DNA from: Octopus bimaculoides
Lineage: Eukaryota
Assembly: GCF_001194135.2 (NCBI RefSeq)
Contig: NC_068994.1
Location: 59,611,184 to 59,662,584, forward strand
DNA: 51,401 nt
Direction of reading: 5' to 3'
The position numbers and the translations under genes were made by a program. Shown piece by piece: positions 34,901 through 45,407 of the stretch. Below the pieces are notes generated by a model. The model saw nothing but the letters and a program-made list of their open reading frames with translations. It had not been told where the DNA came from and made no database searches. The first letter of the stretch is position 1; every line of letters starts with the position of its first letter.

Positions 34901-37900
34901 TCTGATACAGGGTACACCCAGCCAGCTGCATTACCAATACCTGAAACACATCAACAATTGAATTAAATAGGAAGAAAAAAAAAAAAGAAAACATGACAAC
35001 AATAGCAATATTGTATTTGATACAGATTGACAGAGCAATGAGTGGTAGTAGAGAGAGAGGTGGGGGGAAGAGCTTGAACATTGACACATTGAGAGAAAAA
35101 GAGTATAACACACACACACACTTTACATCAGCCGGCTGCTCTCCCCGTGTTCAGGGGTCAGCTTGCCTAAACTCCCCAGCTCCCTCTATGTCGCACTACA
35201 TGCATTCAACCAATCAGATTCTTGTTTCCAGTCCATTCTTTGTTGTGGTCAGTTCACAAACGTTTTTGAAAAGCTCTGGCTGTCTTCTCCATCACAATTC
35301 TTGTTAAGATGATCTGGGGAAGTGACTCATGGTGCATTATAATTCTGTGGCCTTGATTCTCAACTATACGAGTCTTTAGACTACCAGATTTTCTAGTACT
35401 GCAGCATTTGACATGCTGAATTTGCAGCAAATCTTGCCCAGTTTGCTAAAGGCTTCTCATCGTTTTTTTTTCTCTCCATAGCTGTGTACTTTGTTGAAGT
35501 TTCTACCCTGAAAAAGGACAACTTATCAGCCACAATTACTTTAAATGCTACGTCTCTTGAGGTGAAAGTCTTTTCCATTCTTATAGATTCTGTTTTAGCT
35601 TTAATTATTCTTTGAGTAACTTCTTTATATATATATATACACACACATATATTGTCTAAATTGTGATGATATTTGGTGACGGGGTTCAGCTTGTCTGTGT
35701 CTGTCCTGTGTTTTTTAAAATTTTCTTTGTCATCCCTCTGTACCACTTTTTCCATTCCATATATAATCGTATATCTTGGCTTGGCTTCAAGATATCCAGA
35801 GAGGCATGTTCACATCTGTTTCAAGTTTTATGATGCCCAACAAGTGCAATTCAAGACAAACAGGTCTGACCACAGATGCCACAGGAGTGGGTAGGTCGGC
35901 TGATCAGGGAGGCTTGTAATGTCCTTGTTTTCCTTTCTTTTTTTTTTCTCTTGTTGGCAAGGATGGCCATGCAGATGTCTTCAAAGGACTGAGATGCCAG
36001 GCTTTGTGGTTAGTGACAAGAACAGACCACGGTGGGAAGGAACGTGACAGGCATTGAGAGATTCCCTTAGGAAATCCTTGTACTTTTTCTTTGGTGCTTT
36101 TCTATCATAAGAGTATAATTAAAATTATCTTAAAGATAAATTCATTAACAAAGAAAACTAAACAATGAATAAACAAACAAAAACAAAATTGTCTTACTTG
36201 GAAAACAGATTCTCTTTCCTTCCATTGAGTTGATTGTTATCTGAGAATCGGCATTAACGACAAGTACAGAGTAGAATTTCAAAGGATCAGAGTCTGAAAA
36301 CGGTTGAAAAAAGAAAGTGGAAATTTAGACATTCTTGCAAAACGGAATGAAAGGTAAACAGACTTCTCCAGATAATTCTAGATGTGGACCAGGCTGGGTA
36401 AACTTTTATGTATTTTTCCCACTTTCATCGGTAGTTTTGTTTGAATATTTTTGACTGGCTTTGTGCCGGTGGCACGTAAAAATCACCATCCGATCATGGT
36501 CAATGTCAGCTCCACTGGCCCCTGTGCCGGTGGCACGTAAAAAGCACCCACTACACTCTCAGAGTGGTTGGCATTAGGAAGGGCATCCAGCTGTAGAAAC
36601 ACTGACAGATCAGATTGGGGCCTGGTGCAGCCTCCTGGCTTCCCAGACCCCAGTCAAACCGTCAAACCCATGCCAGCATGGAAAGCGGATGTTAAACAAT
36701 GATGATGATGGTGAGGATTTTGTGTGTGGGGGTGCAATGCTGGTTGAAGTTGTTTAGCAATAGGTCCATCCAAAGCTTAAGCAGGCCTCTGATGAGAAGG
36801 TTCTCGATCAGTGGACCGTCCTGTCTAATTTCAGGGAGTATGTATTGACCACTACATTACCCAGGGTGTCTTTCATTCTTTAAAACAGTAAGGGACTGAT
36901 CTGAGGCTGATATGGCTGATGTTTCTATCATTTGCAAAGTAAGGTAATATTACCCTGACGAGTAGACATCATTCCATGTAACATTGTGAATGAAAGACAC
37001 TGCTTGTATGAGAGTGGCACTCGCTTACAACCATCACTGAAAGTCAAGGCAAAGACACACTAACACGCGCACACACACACACATGTAAGCATGGGTTGTG
37101 ACCACTGAGGACATGCATAGGCTTGAAAGAATACATATATATATAAGTGATAGTCTTCTTTCAGTTTCTATCTGTTTAATCTTCTAAGAAGGCTTTGATT
37201 GGCTGGGGGCTGTAGCAGAAAACACTTGCCCAATGTCCAATGCAGTGGGACTGAATCCGGAACTATGTGTCCAAGGAAGCAAGACTCTGCCCCTCTTAAT
37301 ATTCCCTGCCAGTCTTCCTTCTGCTCCCTATTGAGCAGAAGGTTTCTGCTCTTTGAATGTATTTAGCATAGTTTAATGGAACAACAGAAAATCAATCATC
37401 TTAATTTTAAATCAGAAGAATAAATAAAAAATCAATAACTATTAAATAAACAAACACTGTAACATCCAGAGTCATTTATTTGTTATTATTTGATAATTTG
37501 AAATATAAACAAAAGCAAGAAAGAAAATTAACAAAATAATTTTCATAAGGTTTCATTCTTTACATGTAAAAATGGCTGAAACAATAACCAAGTTGTAAGG
37601 AATGGAATGAGTGGATGGTTTGGAAGAAAGAACTTGCAGAACCAACCAAATGATATTAGTGTCTGTGAGAGAGAGAGAGAGAGAGACGGGGAGGTGGCAG
37701 GGAAAGACAAAAATAGTATAAGAAACTGTAAAATGAAAACTCACTGGAATATTTCTCCGCCATAATAGGATGCATGTAATGGTATTTGCCAGCATAGAAC
37801 CCATGACCAGGATCCAATGTTATGATGTCAGCTTTATTGGTTTGAATATTTTCCATACATTCAAAACTAAAACAGCAATTAGGAAAATTAACTTTCAACT

Positions 37901-38864
37901 AAAATAAAAAATAACAACAGCATCAAAGAAAAATAATGAACAAATAAATTAAGGATTTTGAAGGAGATTTCTTAGACGGTGCTTAATTATGTGTGATTTA
38001 CAAGTAACTAAATGAAACAAAAAAAAAAACCAAACTTACATATCAAACATCAGCAAACATTTTAATTTATATTTGGCAGCTCGTGGGTATTGAACAATGT
38101 TTTCTAACTTCTTCTGAAGGTCCTTACATTTTATTTCTTCAGTAGGATTCACCACACACCATCGAACCACAATCTCTGCAACACACAAGAGAGAAATGTC
38201 ATTCAGTCAGAACATAATAATAATTCTTTCTATTGAAGGCACAAAGCTTGAAATCTGGGGAGAGGGGATGAGTCAATTACATCGACTCCAGTACTCAAAA
38301 ATTGAAGTACCAAAGAGATCTTTATGATGGACAAGGACAAGGGAGATATCCATTACACTCACCACAACAATATTTGGTTGACATAATTTCACAAATCAGG
38401 AATAGATATTGAACAAGTGGATAAAGAATGGTTGATGACACTTCCATGCTAGCAGAGTTAATCTTGAACAAGTGAAACCACCCCAAAAGCACTGACAGGC
38501 CAAGCGTTTCTGGAAATTGTTCATAATTCTGAGCCAAAAGTCCTCCAAGATAGCTCATCCNNNNNNNNNNNNNNNNNNNNNNNNNNNNNNNNNNNNNNNN
38601 NNNNNNNNNNNNNNNNNNNNNNNNNNNNNNNNNNNNNNNNNNNNNNNNNNNNNNNNNNNNNNNNNNNNNNNNNNNNNNNNNNNNNNNNNNNNNNNNNNNN
38701 NNNNNNNNNNNNNNNNNNNNNNNNNNNNNNNNNNNNNNNNNNNNNNNNNNNNNNNNNNNNNNNNNNNNNNNNNNNNNNNNNNNNNNNNNNNNNNNNNNNN
38801 NNNNNNNNNNNNNNNNNNNNNNNNNNNNNNNNNNNNNNNNNNNNNNNNNNNNNNNNNNNATATA

Positions 38865-38936
<72 letters not shown>

Positions 38937-40306
38937 TAAATGTCAAACGATGAAAATGAGTGCTCAACTCCGGATTGGTGGATAGAATTTCTTTATTTGT
39001 GAATTAAGGCTACCATTGGTTTTATGTTAAGAAAAATAGGAAAATATCTTAATATCTCAACAATTTTTCAAGCTGATCACATGGCCGAATGGTGTTTGTC
39101 TCCATTTTGGATATAGGTGTGGTTAAGAAGTTTGCTTTCCAAATAAGTTTTGTGGTTCAGTTTCAGTGCTGGGTAAATTTCTTGTCCCATAGCAATGGGC
39201 CAACCAAAGCCGCCCGTCATATCCGCGAGCACGCGTTTATGTATTTGTCTTCACATCACGGGGAAGTTGCAAACGAGCTACACTGCCATTCAAATGTTGT
39301 CCCTTGTTTCCAGACTTCCCTGAAATGGTGTTCGAACATAAAACACATTACCTTAGTTGGAAAGAGGTGAAGGTTGGTGACAGGAAAAGCATCTGACTGG
39401 AGCAAATCTGTCTCAACGAATTCCGCCGTCTGACCCATGCAAGTAGGGAAAAGTGAATGCTAAATGACGGGGATGAGAATGACGAGTAGCAAGCAGGAAA
39501 CTTTCAGCACTTAAGTCACGGCACAGGTAAACAATATGCACAACCACCCGTTTTCGGCGTAACCCTAATCGCCGAAAACGGGTGGTGTGCGTTTTCTTTA
39601 CCTTCGCCCAAGTCACTTTTATAACTTTTTACCAATTACAATTTAAAATGTAAACACGCGCCCATACTTGTGTCTGCTTGCAAGAATGCAGAAGATGAGA
39701 ATGAAAAAGTTATCCATCTCTTTTTACAAACAGTTGTCCACGTTCAAACGACGGACCTTTAAGACATGAACCTAAAAAGTAAAGATCGCCTTTGTCTTTA
39801 AACACACATATATCTATGTACTTGATCATCATTGAATCTAAAACTTCGAGAGAAAATCAGAACACAATGCTTATCGTCACCCTCAATTATAAATAGGAAT
39901 CTTAAAAGAAACGAGAATACCAGCAAATCACGGTAACACTGCAATAATTAGGTCAGTTGAAGCAAAATGAATCGAAGTAGTTAATGGGTCTTTCTCGTAT
40001 TTATTTTGTGAGGTTATTTAAAATTTCGTTAGCTGTCGTTACCTGACAAGACAAGAAAAGAACATGGGATTAGATGGAATTGGGGATCTCTTCAGTTCGT
40101 ATTCCTGTCATTCATACAACGGAAATTACGATTCCGAAAGAATATTTTGTCCTCAAAAACAATTGAAATTGTTTTTTCTTTTGTTCCCAATTCCACATCC
40201 TTTTTTCCCCCCTCTTAAAGTGGGACAGCTATTCCAAAGTATATATATATTTTAAACATAAGAGTAAAAGAGTATAACGGTCAAGGGTGTTATTTCCTTA
40301 AACCCA

Positions 40307-40350
<44 letters not shown>

Positions 40351-40497
40351 GCTCACACACAGAGATATACTTGTAAAACAATTAAAATAATCAATAAAAA
40401 AAATGTTTGTAGTTGTTGACTTACCATCTTCCGCTTGTGACACTAAAATCGACGTCAATATGAACCAGAGGACAGTGAGAGAGAAGACGGACGCCAT
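25821..40497 (-). CDS. MELTF: Melanotransferrin-like bilobal transferrin-family protein, 14 coding exons, 2256 nt CDS (~751 aa), signal peptide and GPI-type C-terminus
   Basis: Manual exon assembly: 40497-40425, 38175-38040, 37866-37745, 36293-36198, 34940-34782, 33597-33413, 31810-31510, 30543-30297, 29964-29849, 29427-29311, 29122-28949, 28166-27972, 26550-26475, 26079-25821. All introns are GT-AG, phases match and there is no internal stop. Two lobes each carry VRWC, TLD, GW..P, GAF.CL..G.GD.AF and LLF.D motifs. The symbol denotes family resemblance, not proven orthology. Confidence 0.9.
26130..26425. repeat. Degenerate ~28-30 bp C-rich (+)/G-rich (-) minisatellite in the last transferrin intron
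   Basis: Recurrent CTCCACCTT/CCCCATACACATTCCCA units interrupted by the gap at 26321-26399. Confidence 0.7.
26475..26550 (-). CDS. MELTF: Transferrin-like exon 13 ((S)YKDNSTIENYWNLLNYGQQFFSSD)
   Basis: Phase 1-in/phase 2-out exon that bridges exons 12 and 14, with long polypyrimidine tract plus cag and a gtaatt donor. Resembles W.LL...Q..F. Confidence 0.82.
27972..28166 (-). CDS. MELTF: Transferrin-like exon 12 ((S)GGDVAFVRH...DYELLCKGG...CHLGKVPANAIVTG)
   Basis: GDVAFV.H, NTDG.N...WA, DYELLC and CHL motifs with canonical splice sites. Confidence 0.95.
28949..29122 (-). CDS. MELTF: Transferrin-like exon 11 (ELFIRACIPGA...CQRNSEEQYYGANGAFRCLVE)
   Basis: C.PG and YYG..GAFRCLVE motifs with canonical splice sites. 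Confidence 0.93.
29311..29427 (-). CDS. MELTF: Transferrin-like exon 10 (KRACQAGVGRGDGWVIPLGVYIDTEQFIPEECNAFRNI)
   Basis: Aligns to KKSCHTAVGRTAGWNIP, with canonical splice sites. Confidence 0.9.
29849..29964 (-). CDS. MELTF: Transferrin-like exon 9 (RYNLIPIAAEDYGDMTMSFHVVAIAKKTESFMTLFNMK)
   Basis: L.P..AE.Y and VA..KK motifs, with ttgcag and gtgagt boundaries and consistent frame. Confidence 0.9.
30297..30543 (-). CDS. MELTF: Transferrin-like exon 8 (interlobe linker and C-lobe start ARWCVTSLPEKMKC...ADLVTLDAGDVYTAG)
   Basis: RWC...E..KC and TLDAGDVY motifs with canonical splice sites. Confidence 0.95.
31510..31810 (-). CDS. MELTF: Transferrin-like exon 7 (EFRLVCPNG...CNWGIVPSHIVM...NLLFTDG...YYSWV)
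   Basis: L.C..G, VPSH (His249-equivalent) and LLF.D motifs with canonical splice sites. Confidence 0.95.
33102..33262 (-). mobile_element. SINE family B head in transferrin intron 6
   Basis: Same consensus as 25283-25446. Confidence 0.8.
33413..33597 (-). CDS. MELTF: Transferrin-like exon 6 (NNPNSICDSC...DPYSGYDGAFKCLEAGRGDMAFLRDN...EN)
   Basis: PY.GY.GAFKCL..G.GD.AF motif containing the Tyr188-equivalent, with canonical splice sites. Confidence 0.95.
34782..34940 (-). CDS. MELTF: Transferrin-like exon 5 ((S)IGNAAGWVYPV...FFGGMCLPGGFEANYNPF)
   Basis: AGW..P and FF...C.PG motifs with canonical splice sites. Confidence 0.9.
36198..36293 (-). CDS. MELTF: Transferrin-like exon 4 (SDPLKFYSVLVVNADSQITINSMEGKRICFP)
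   Basis: Aligns to transferrin YYAVAVVKK...LxGKKSCHT, with ttcag and gtaag boundaries. Absent from the ORF track. Confidence 0.88.
36460..36712 (+). mobile_element. SINE/RTE-type repeat family C 3' part with (GAT)n tail
   Basis: TTGGCATTAGGAAGGGCATCCAGCTGTAGAAA...CCCATGCCAGCATGGAAAGCGGATGTTAAA(CGAT/GAT)n. Near-identical copy at 51210-51385; related copies at 39110-39480 (+), 15725-15830, 32470-32600, 32920-33070 and 44220-44420 (-). Confidence 0.75.
37150..37290 (-). mobile_element. SINE family B head, diverged, in transferrin intron 3
   Basis: CTTCTTTCAGTTTC...AACACTTGCCCAA...GCAGTGGGACTGAATCCGGAAC. Confidence 0.7.
37745..37866 (-). CDS. MELTF: Transferrin-like exon 3 (FECMENIQTNKADIITLDPGHGFYAGKYHYMHPIMAEKYS)
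   Basis: C...I....AD..TLD motif containing the Asp63-equivalent, with tttag and gtgagt boundaries. Confidence 0.92.
38040..38175 (-). CDS. MELTF: Transferrin-like exon 2 ((E)IVVRWCVVNPTEEIKC...KLKCLLMFD)
   Basis: N-lobe start motif VRWC....E..KC, with tgcag acceptor and gtaagt donor. Confidence 0.9.
39543..39586. other. Perfect inverted repeat: 17-bp GC-rich arms, 10-nt spacer
   Basis: ACCACCCGTTTTCGGCG-TAACCCTAAT-CGCCGAAAACGGGTGGT. Confidence 0.95.
40425..40497 (-). CDS. MELTF: Transferrin-like exon 1 (signal peptide MASVFSLTVLWFILTSILVSQAED)
   Basis: ATG at 40497-40495, hydrophobic core and an SQA-type cleavage site. gtaagt donor, phase 1 matching exon 2. Confidence 0.8.
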
Positions 40498-41004
40498 GAT
40501 TGCAGGAAGTTTAGGTAAAAGTTTCACACAATCAACATACCTGTAACACCTGACAGTGATTGTTCTCTACCTATACGATCAATGGGGTCTTAAGCTTCCT
40601 CTTAATTAAGGCAAAGAAACTAGTTTATCAATTAATTATTTAAAGCAAATAAAATGAATTATTAAATAGATTATTAACGAAAAATTCTTAACTTGACAAA
40701 TATGTGTGTATGTATTTAAATTAGGTTAACACACCTGAAGAGTGACAAGGTATGAAGGAGGACGAGGAAAGCGAGGGAAGAAGAGGAGGAGGAAAACGAA
40801 CCAAGGAAGAGGAGGAAAGTAAGAGGAAGGGAGAGAGAGTGAGGGAGTGGGCGGGTGGAGGAAAATGAACAAAAGAAGACTTGAAATGTCGTTGGCCGGA
40901 ATGGTCAGTGCCAGAGAGCTGTTGAGTTAGGGTTTTCTACTTAAAAAGCGATTAAAGATGACGGACTTTCTAGTATATATTATTCTTGTATTTTTTTTAC
41001 TTAC

Positions 41005-42730
41005 GTCATTTGATTGTAGCCATGCTGGAGCACTACCTTTTTAGTCAAAGAAATCGACCCCTGAACTTATTTTTTGTAAACCTGGTACTTTGGTATTTAT
41101 TCTATTGGTCACTTTGGCCGAACCGCTAGGCTATGGGGATGCAAACACACCAATATCGGTTGTCAAGCGATGGTAGGGGAACATACACAGACACACACGC
41201 ATATGTACACGACGGGCTTCTTTCAGTTTCCGTCTACCAAATCCACTCACAAAGCTTTGTTCTGCTCAAGGCTATAATAGAAGACACTTGTCCAATGTGG
41301 CACACAGTGGGACTGAACCTGGAACCATGTGATTGGGAAGCAAGCTTCTTTATTTCTTTTAAATTGCCATAAAGGCATTACACAGAGGCGGGGGGGGGGG
41401 CACTACAACACATGTGGGGACATAGAACAATTAAAAATATAAAAATAAAATATGATATAATGAATGATACATGAAAATCAACATGAAGAACAAATTAAAA
41501 AATATGATAACATGAATGATATCTGAAACTGATATTATAAAGGGTGTGCTACTCACCCCACACTGAGTAACACCACTCGCCACCTCTGGGTCCTAAGTCC
41601 CTTTTCTCCTCCAGTCCAATCCTTTTCCCCCTTTCTCCATCACATAGTAATATCATTCTCTCCGCCATGCATTTGTAACCTTTTTCACCGGGAGGGGGGG
41701 TGTCTTCTAAATTTTGTGGTGTCTGTNNNNNNNNNNNNNNNNNNNNNNNNNNNNNNNNNNNNNNNNNNNNNNNNNNNNNNNNNNNNNNNNNNNNNNNNNN
41801 NNNNNNNNNNNNNNNNNNNNNNNNNNNNNNNNNNNNNNNNNNNNNNNNNNNNNNNNNNNNNNGTCTGTCTTTTCTTCTCTTTTCTCTTCCGTCTCTACAA
41901 CTGTATCCTCAGCCATTGTCCCCTGTAGAGGGAAGTATGCTTTAATGTGGCCCTTTTGGTCACATTTAAAACAACGTGGTACTCTGCCCTCTACCCATGC
42001 CCTCAGCACGATTTCCCCCAACATCACCGTCTCTGCCAAGTTCCTCCGCCTGAATAATTAGGTCAAGTGTCCTTCTTCTGTTTCTGTGGCTTGGAGGACA
42101 ACCATCTTCTCCTCGCTTCCAACAAGGACAGCTGCCGCCACCCAAGCCACTTCTATATCTGGTGGAATTACTTCTACCCTCACCTTGGAAGTCTTTCTTC
42201 CAAGGTATGTGGGCAGAGGCACTACCTCCTCTGCCACACTCGCCAGCCTCCTCGCCTCCTCTACTCTCCTAAATTGGATGACCATTGTCCCATATCTTCT
42301 TCCTTTGTACGTTCCCTCAGCGCCTTTTCCACTTCTGCCTCCACCTGTTCTGCCATTTTTCCTTTCAATGAGTACACCTTATAGGTGATCGTTTTCTTCT
42401 CCATCTTCTCCATAATTCCTTTGGGGAGGGACAACTTCATGTCACCGCCCACTTCTCATACTCCTTCAGACCAGCCAAGTCCAGCTCCCTTCGCTTCACC
42501 TCCGTGGCTTCAGCAAAACTCCTTGTCTTCAACACTCCCTCCATCTTTATGACCGCCGTTGCCAGCTTCGCTTTCTCCTCCTCCAACGATGACAACTCAG
42601 ACCTGTCAAAGTCTGACTACATCTTCCAAGCAACACAAAAAACTACGTCCAACTCTTACAAAATCCAGACAGCAAATAACCTGACACATGCACGGAAGCA
42701 AGCTTCTTACCACACAGCCACGCCAGCGCC
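41005..42730 (-). mobile_element. tRNA-derived SINE (family B) split by the above insertion (41005-41350 plus 42694-42730)
   Basis: Removing 41351-42708 restores ...GGAACCATGTGATTGGGAAGCAAGCTTCTTACCACACAGCCACGCC, matching the intact copy at 25283-25446. Confidence 0.85.
41351..42693 (-). mobile_element. ORF1-only (gag-like, zinc-knuckle) non-autonomous retroelement with 15-bp TSD
   Basis: TSD GGAAGCAAGCTTCTT at 41336-41350 and 42694-42708. Frameshifted ORF from ~42622 to ~41549 contains CFKCDQKGHIKAYF (decayed CCHC). A-rich 3' end and no RT motif. Confidence 0.75.
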
Positions 42731-43449
42731 CTTACCATGTTTATGAATTTGTGTTGCCAAATTCCTCATGTTGAAACAGATATTGCTCTATTTCGGAACG
42801 GTCATTTTTTTTCTTGCCAAATAAACACACTCACATTATATATTCGTTCTTCATTCGTTTATTACTGTTCATATTTTAACTCATGTCCATTGTCCGTAAT
42901 GGATTAAGCAGACAGAGCAGGAGCATACATGAGGACAGAAAGTGTGGCTGAAGAGACCAGAGGTGTGTAACGTTCTGGACAGTGAACAATAGATAAAAAA
43001 TAAGAACAGTAATAAACGAGGGAAGAACGAATGTAATATAAGTGCGTGTGAACTCTGAATGTAAAGATGAGCAAAACGTCACCAAGCATTTTGCCTGGCA
43101 TCCCAATGGTTCTGCCAGCAGGATACTACTACTACTACTACTACTACTAATAATAATAATAATAATGTCTGGTTTGTAAAAACAGATTATTACCAAAAGG
43201 CAATGCCTGTGCTCCATTTGATCTAGTTTTTTTCCAAGGTCTCATGTTATTTTTTTTTTGTTTTTTTTATATAATCTTGTATTGGGATAACGTTTGAGCT
43301 AAAAAAAACTATTGTATAAACATCCTCTTCTTTGAGAGTCTGCTGATAATTCTACATATTGGTTTGAAAGATTCCAGTAAAAAACCATTTGTTCAATAAA
43401 TTTAATATGAGAGAACTATTCAAATAATAAAATATAGAACAAATATTAA

Positions 43450-43466
43450 ATAATAATAATAATAAC

Positions 43467-43510
<44 letters not shown>

Positions 43511-43540
43511 TAATAATAATAATTATTATTATTATTATTA
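43450..43540. repeat. (AAT)n followed by (ATT)n trinucleotide microsatellite
   Basis: Directly visible. Confidence 0.9.
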
Positions 43541-44970
43541 CAGCATGAATATTATAATAATTTTTTTCCCCATCCTTCAAATGTTCTTTATTTGGTGGAA
43601 CGTCTTAAAGGAAAATAAAAGTGAACTAATGATGTATGTTTCGTAAAAACTGATAACAAGAAAAAGATGTATTGATTAGCATTTAATAACTAATATTTTA
43701 TTCAAAGCTACAGTGGTACCCTGCTACTAGTGAAGCTACAATGGTACCCTGCTACTAGCAGCAAATGTGTGCTATGGGATTCATTTTTAACTTTTTTTTA
43801 ATTTTTTTTTTTACAGTAGCTGGTAATTCTAAATATTCTTCCATTATCAAATTTAATTGGTTGTAGGGTGTGTGTGATTTTTTGTAAAATTTTATGCTTG
43901 GTTCAGAATTATTTAAAGTATTGAGAATTAAGAAATTTATTATGGCAGAAAAATGCTCTGATTTATTTATTTAAACTAGAGACAACTGAAGAGCTTTCTC
44001 TACTCTTATGGGAGAGATACAAACAACAGACTAAATGCTACCTTGGCCACAAGTATAACAGGTATCTGCTCTCACTGGATGCCTAGTCCTGACTTTACAA
44101 TGGATATTTTCATTAAGAGGTCATCAATTTTGGTTGTTTTTTATTTTTGAAAAGATACAAGACAGTGTGTCTCTTCCATGACAGCGTTAGCCATTGGAAG
44201 AGAAAAGTCCTAACGTCCCCACTGTCTCCCAACATCATCATCATCATCGTCATAATTTCACTTCCTCCAACCTGGCATAGCTTAAACTGTGAAACACGAT
44301 CCAATATCATGCTCCCTTCTCTCAGTTTCAGCATGATTTTTACCACTGGATGCCCTTCCTAATGCCAGTCCCTTTACAAAGTGCCCTTTTTTTCCCATGG
44401 TACCAACATTAGTGAAGTCCCCTTGTAACTTGCAAGACTAAAGAGTCCCTGACCCCCAACACACTTCGGCTGAGCTGGAAAATACACAACAGGGTGGAAA
44501 GTTTATAAAAGTAGGAATAAACAACTGCTGTATTTACAACTAATTTGGAGTTTGCTGTCAGGAAAAGGGGACACAGCTTTGCTTTCAAAATTGCACATTA
44601 ACGATTAATGGTGCCACCTCTTTCCCTTCCTACCCCCCTTCTCCCTCTCATCCTTTAACTACTACTACTACTACTACTACTACTTCTCATCATCATCAGA
44701 TATGATGATAGCCATTCCACATGTGCCATTCTCTCTTCAATGCCCCAAGTTCGTTAATAGTTGTGGCATAGCTGCTCCCCAATACCGTCTTCATGTTTTG
44801 GAAGGATGTTCATGGTTCATTCTACTTTGGGTTGGTTCTCAGATGAGGATTTGGCTCAGAGCAACTTTGGGTTATGATGTCGTTATCTCCCTTGAAAGTT
44901 GCTCTCTATGATGTGAAAAGTGAGCATTCATTGTGTTGTTATAAACTGTTGTATTTTTATTCAGCAAAGT

Positions 44971-45012
<42 letters not shown>

Positions 45013-45407
45013 TGAATGAGAAAGTGATATTGAATAAGAGAGATAGAATGAGAGAGAGAGAGATAGATTAAAGGATAACAAATGTTACAATATTGAACAA
45101 ATAAAAGGTAAAATATTTGACATAAATATTTAAAAAAGTATCCAATGTATTTTGAGTGCTTGCTGATAAGCCATTGCTAAACGCTGCATACTCTGCCCCC
45201 CCCCATCCAAGACCACTTTCATCTTTGGCATTCAGGATACATATTTAGTATTGACAAAGTATCATGGTTTCTGTTGCTGGAAAGATTCCAATCTTCTTCT
45301 ATGTTGTCTTTTATTAATTAGTCTGAGAGATGGTACGGTTCTAACCTTTTCCAGTTTCATCTAAATGGTGGGAGACAAAACAAGACAATTTGATATGATT
45401 AATGATA

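Noticed and set aside
40498-40950. Search for an iron-responsive element upstream of the transferrin ATG
   Set aside because: No CAGUGN-loop stem with a bulged C on the sense strand. The CAGTG near 40555 is antisense. An unseen upstream non-coding exon cannot be excluded.
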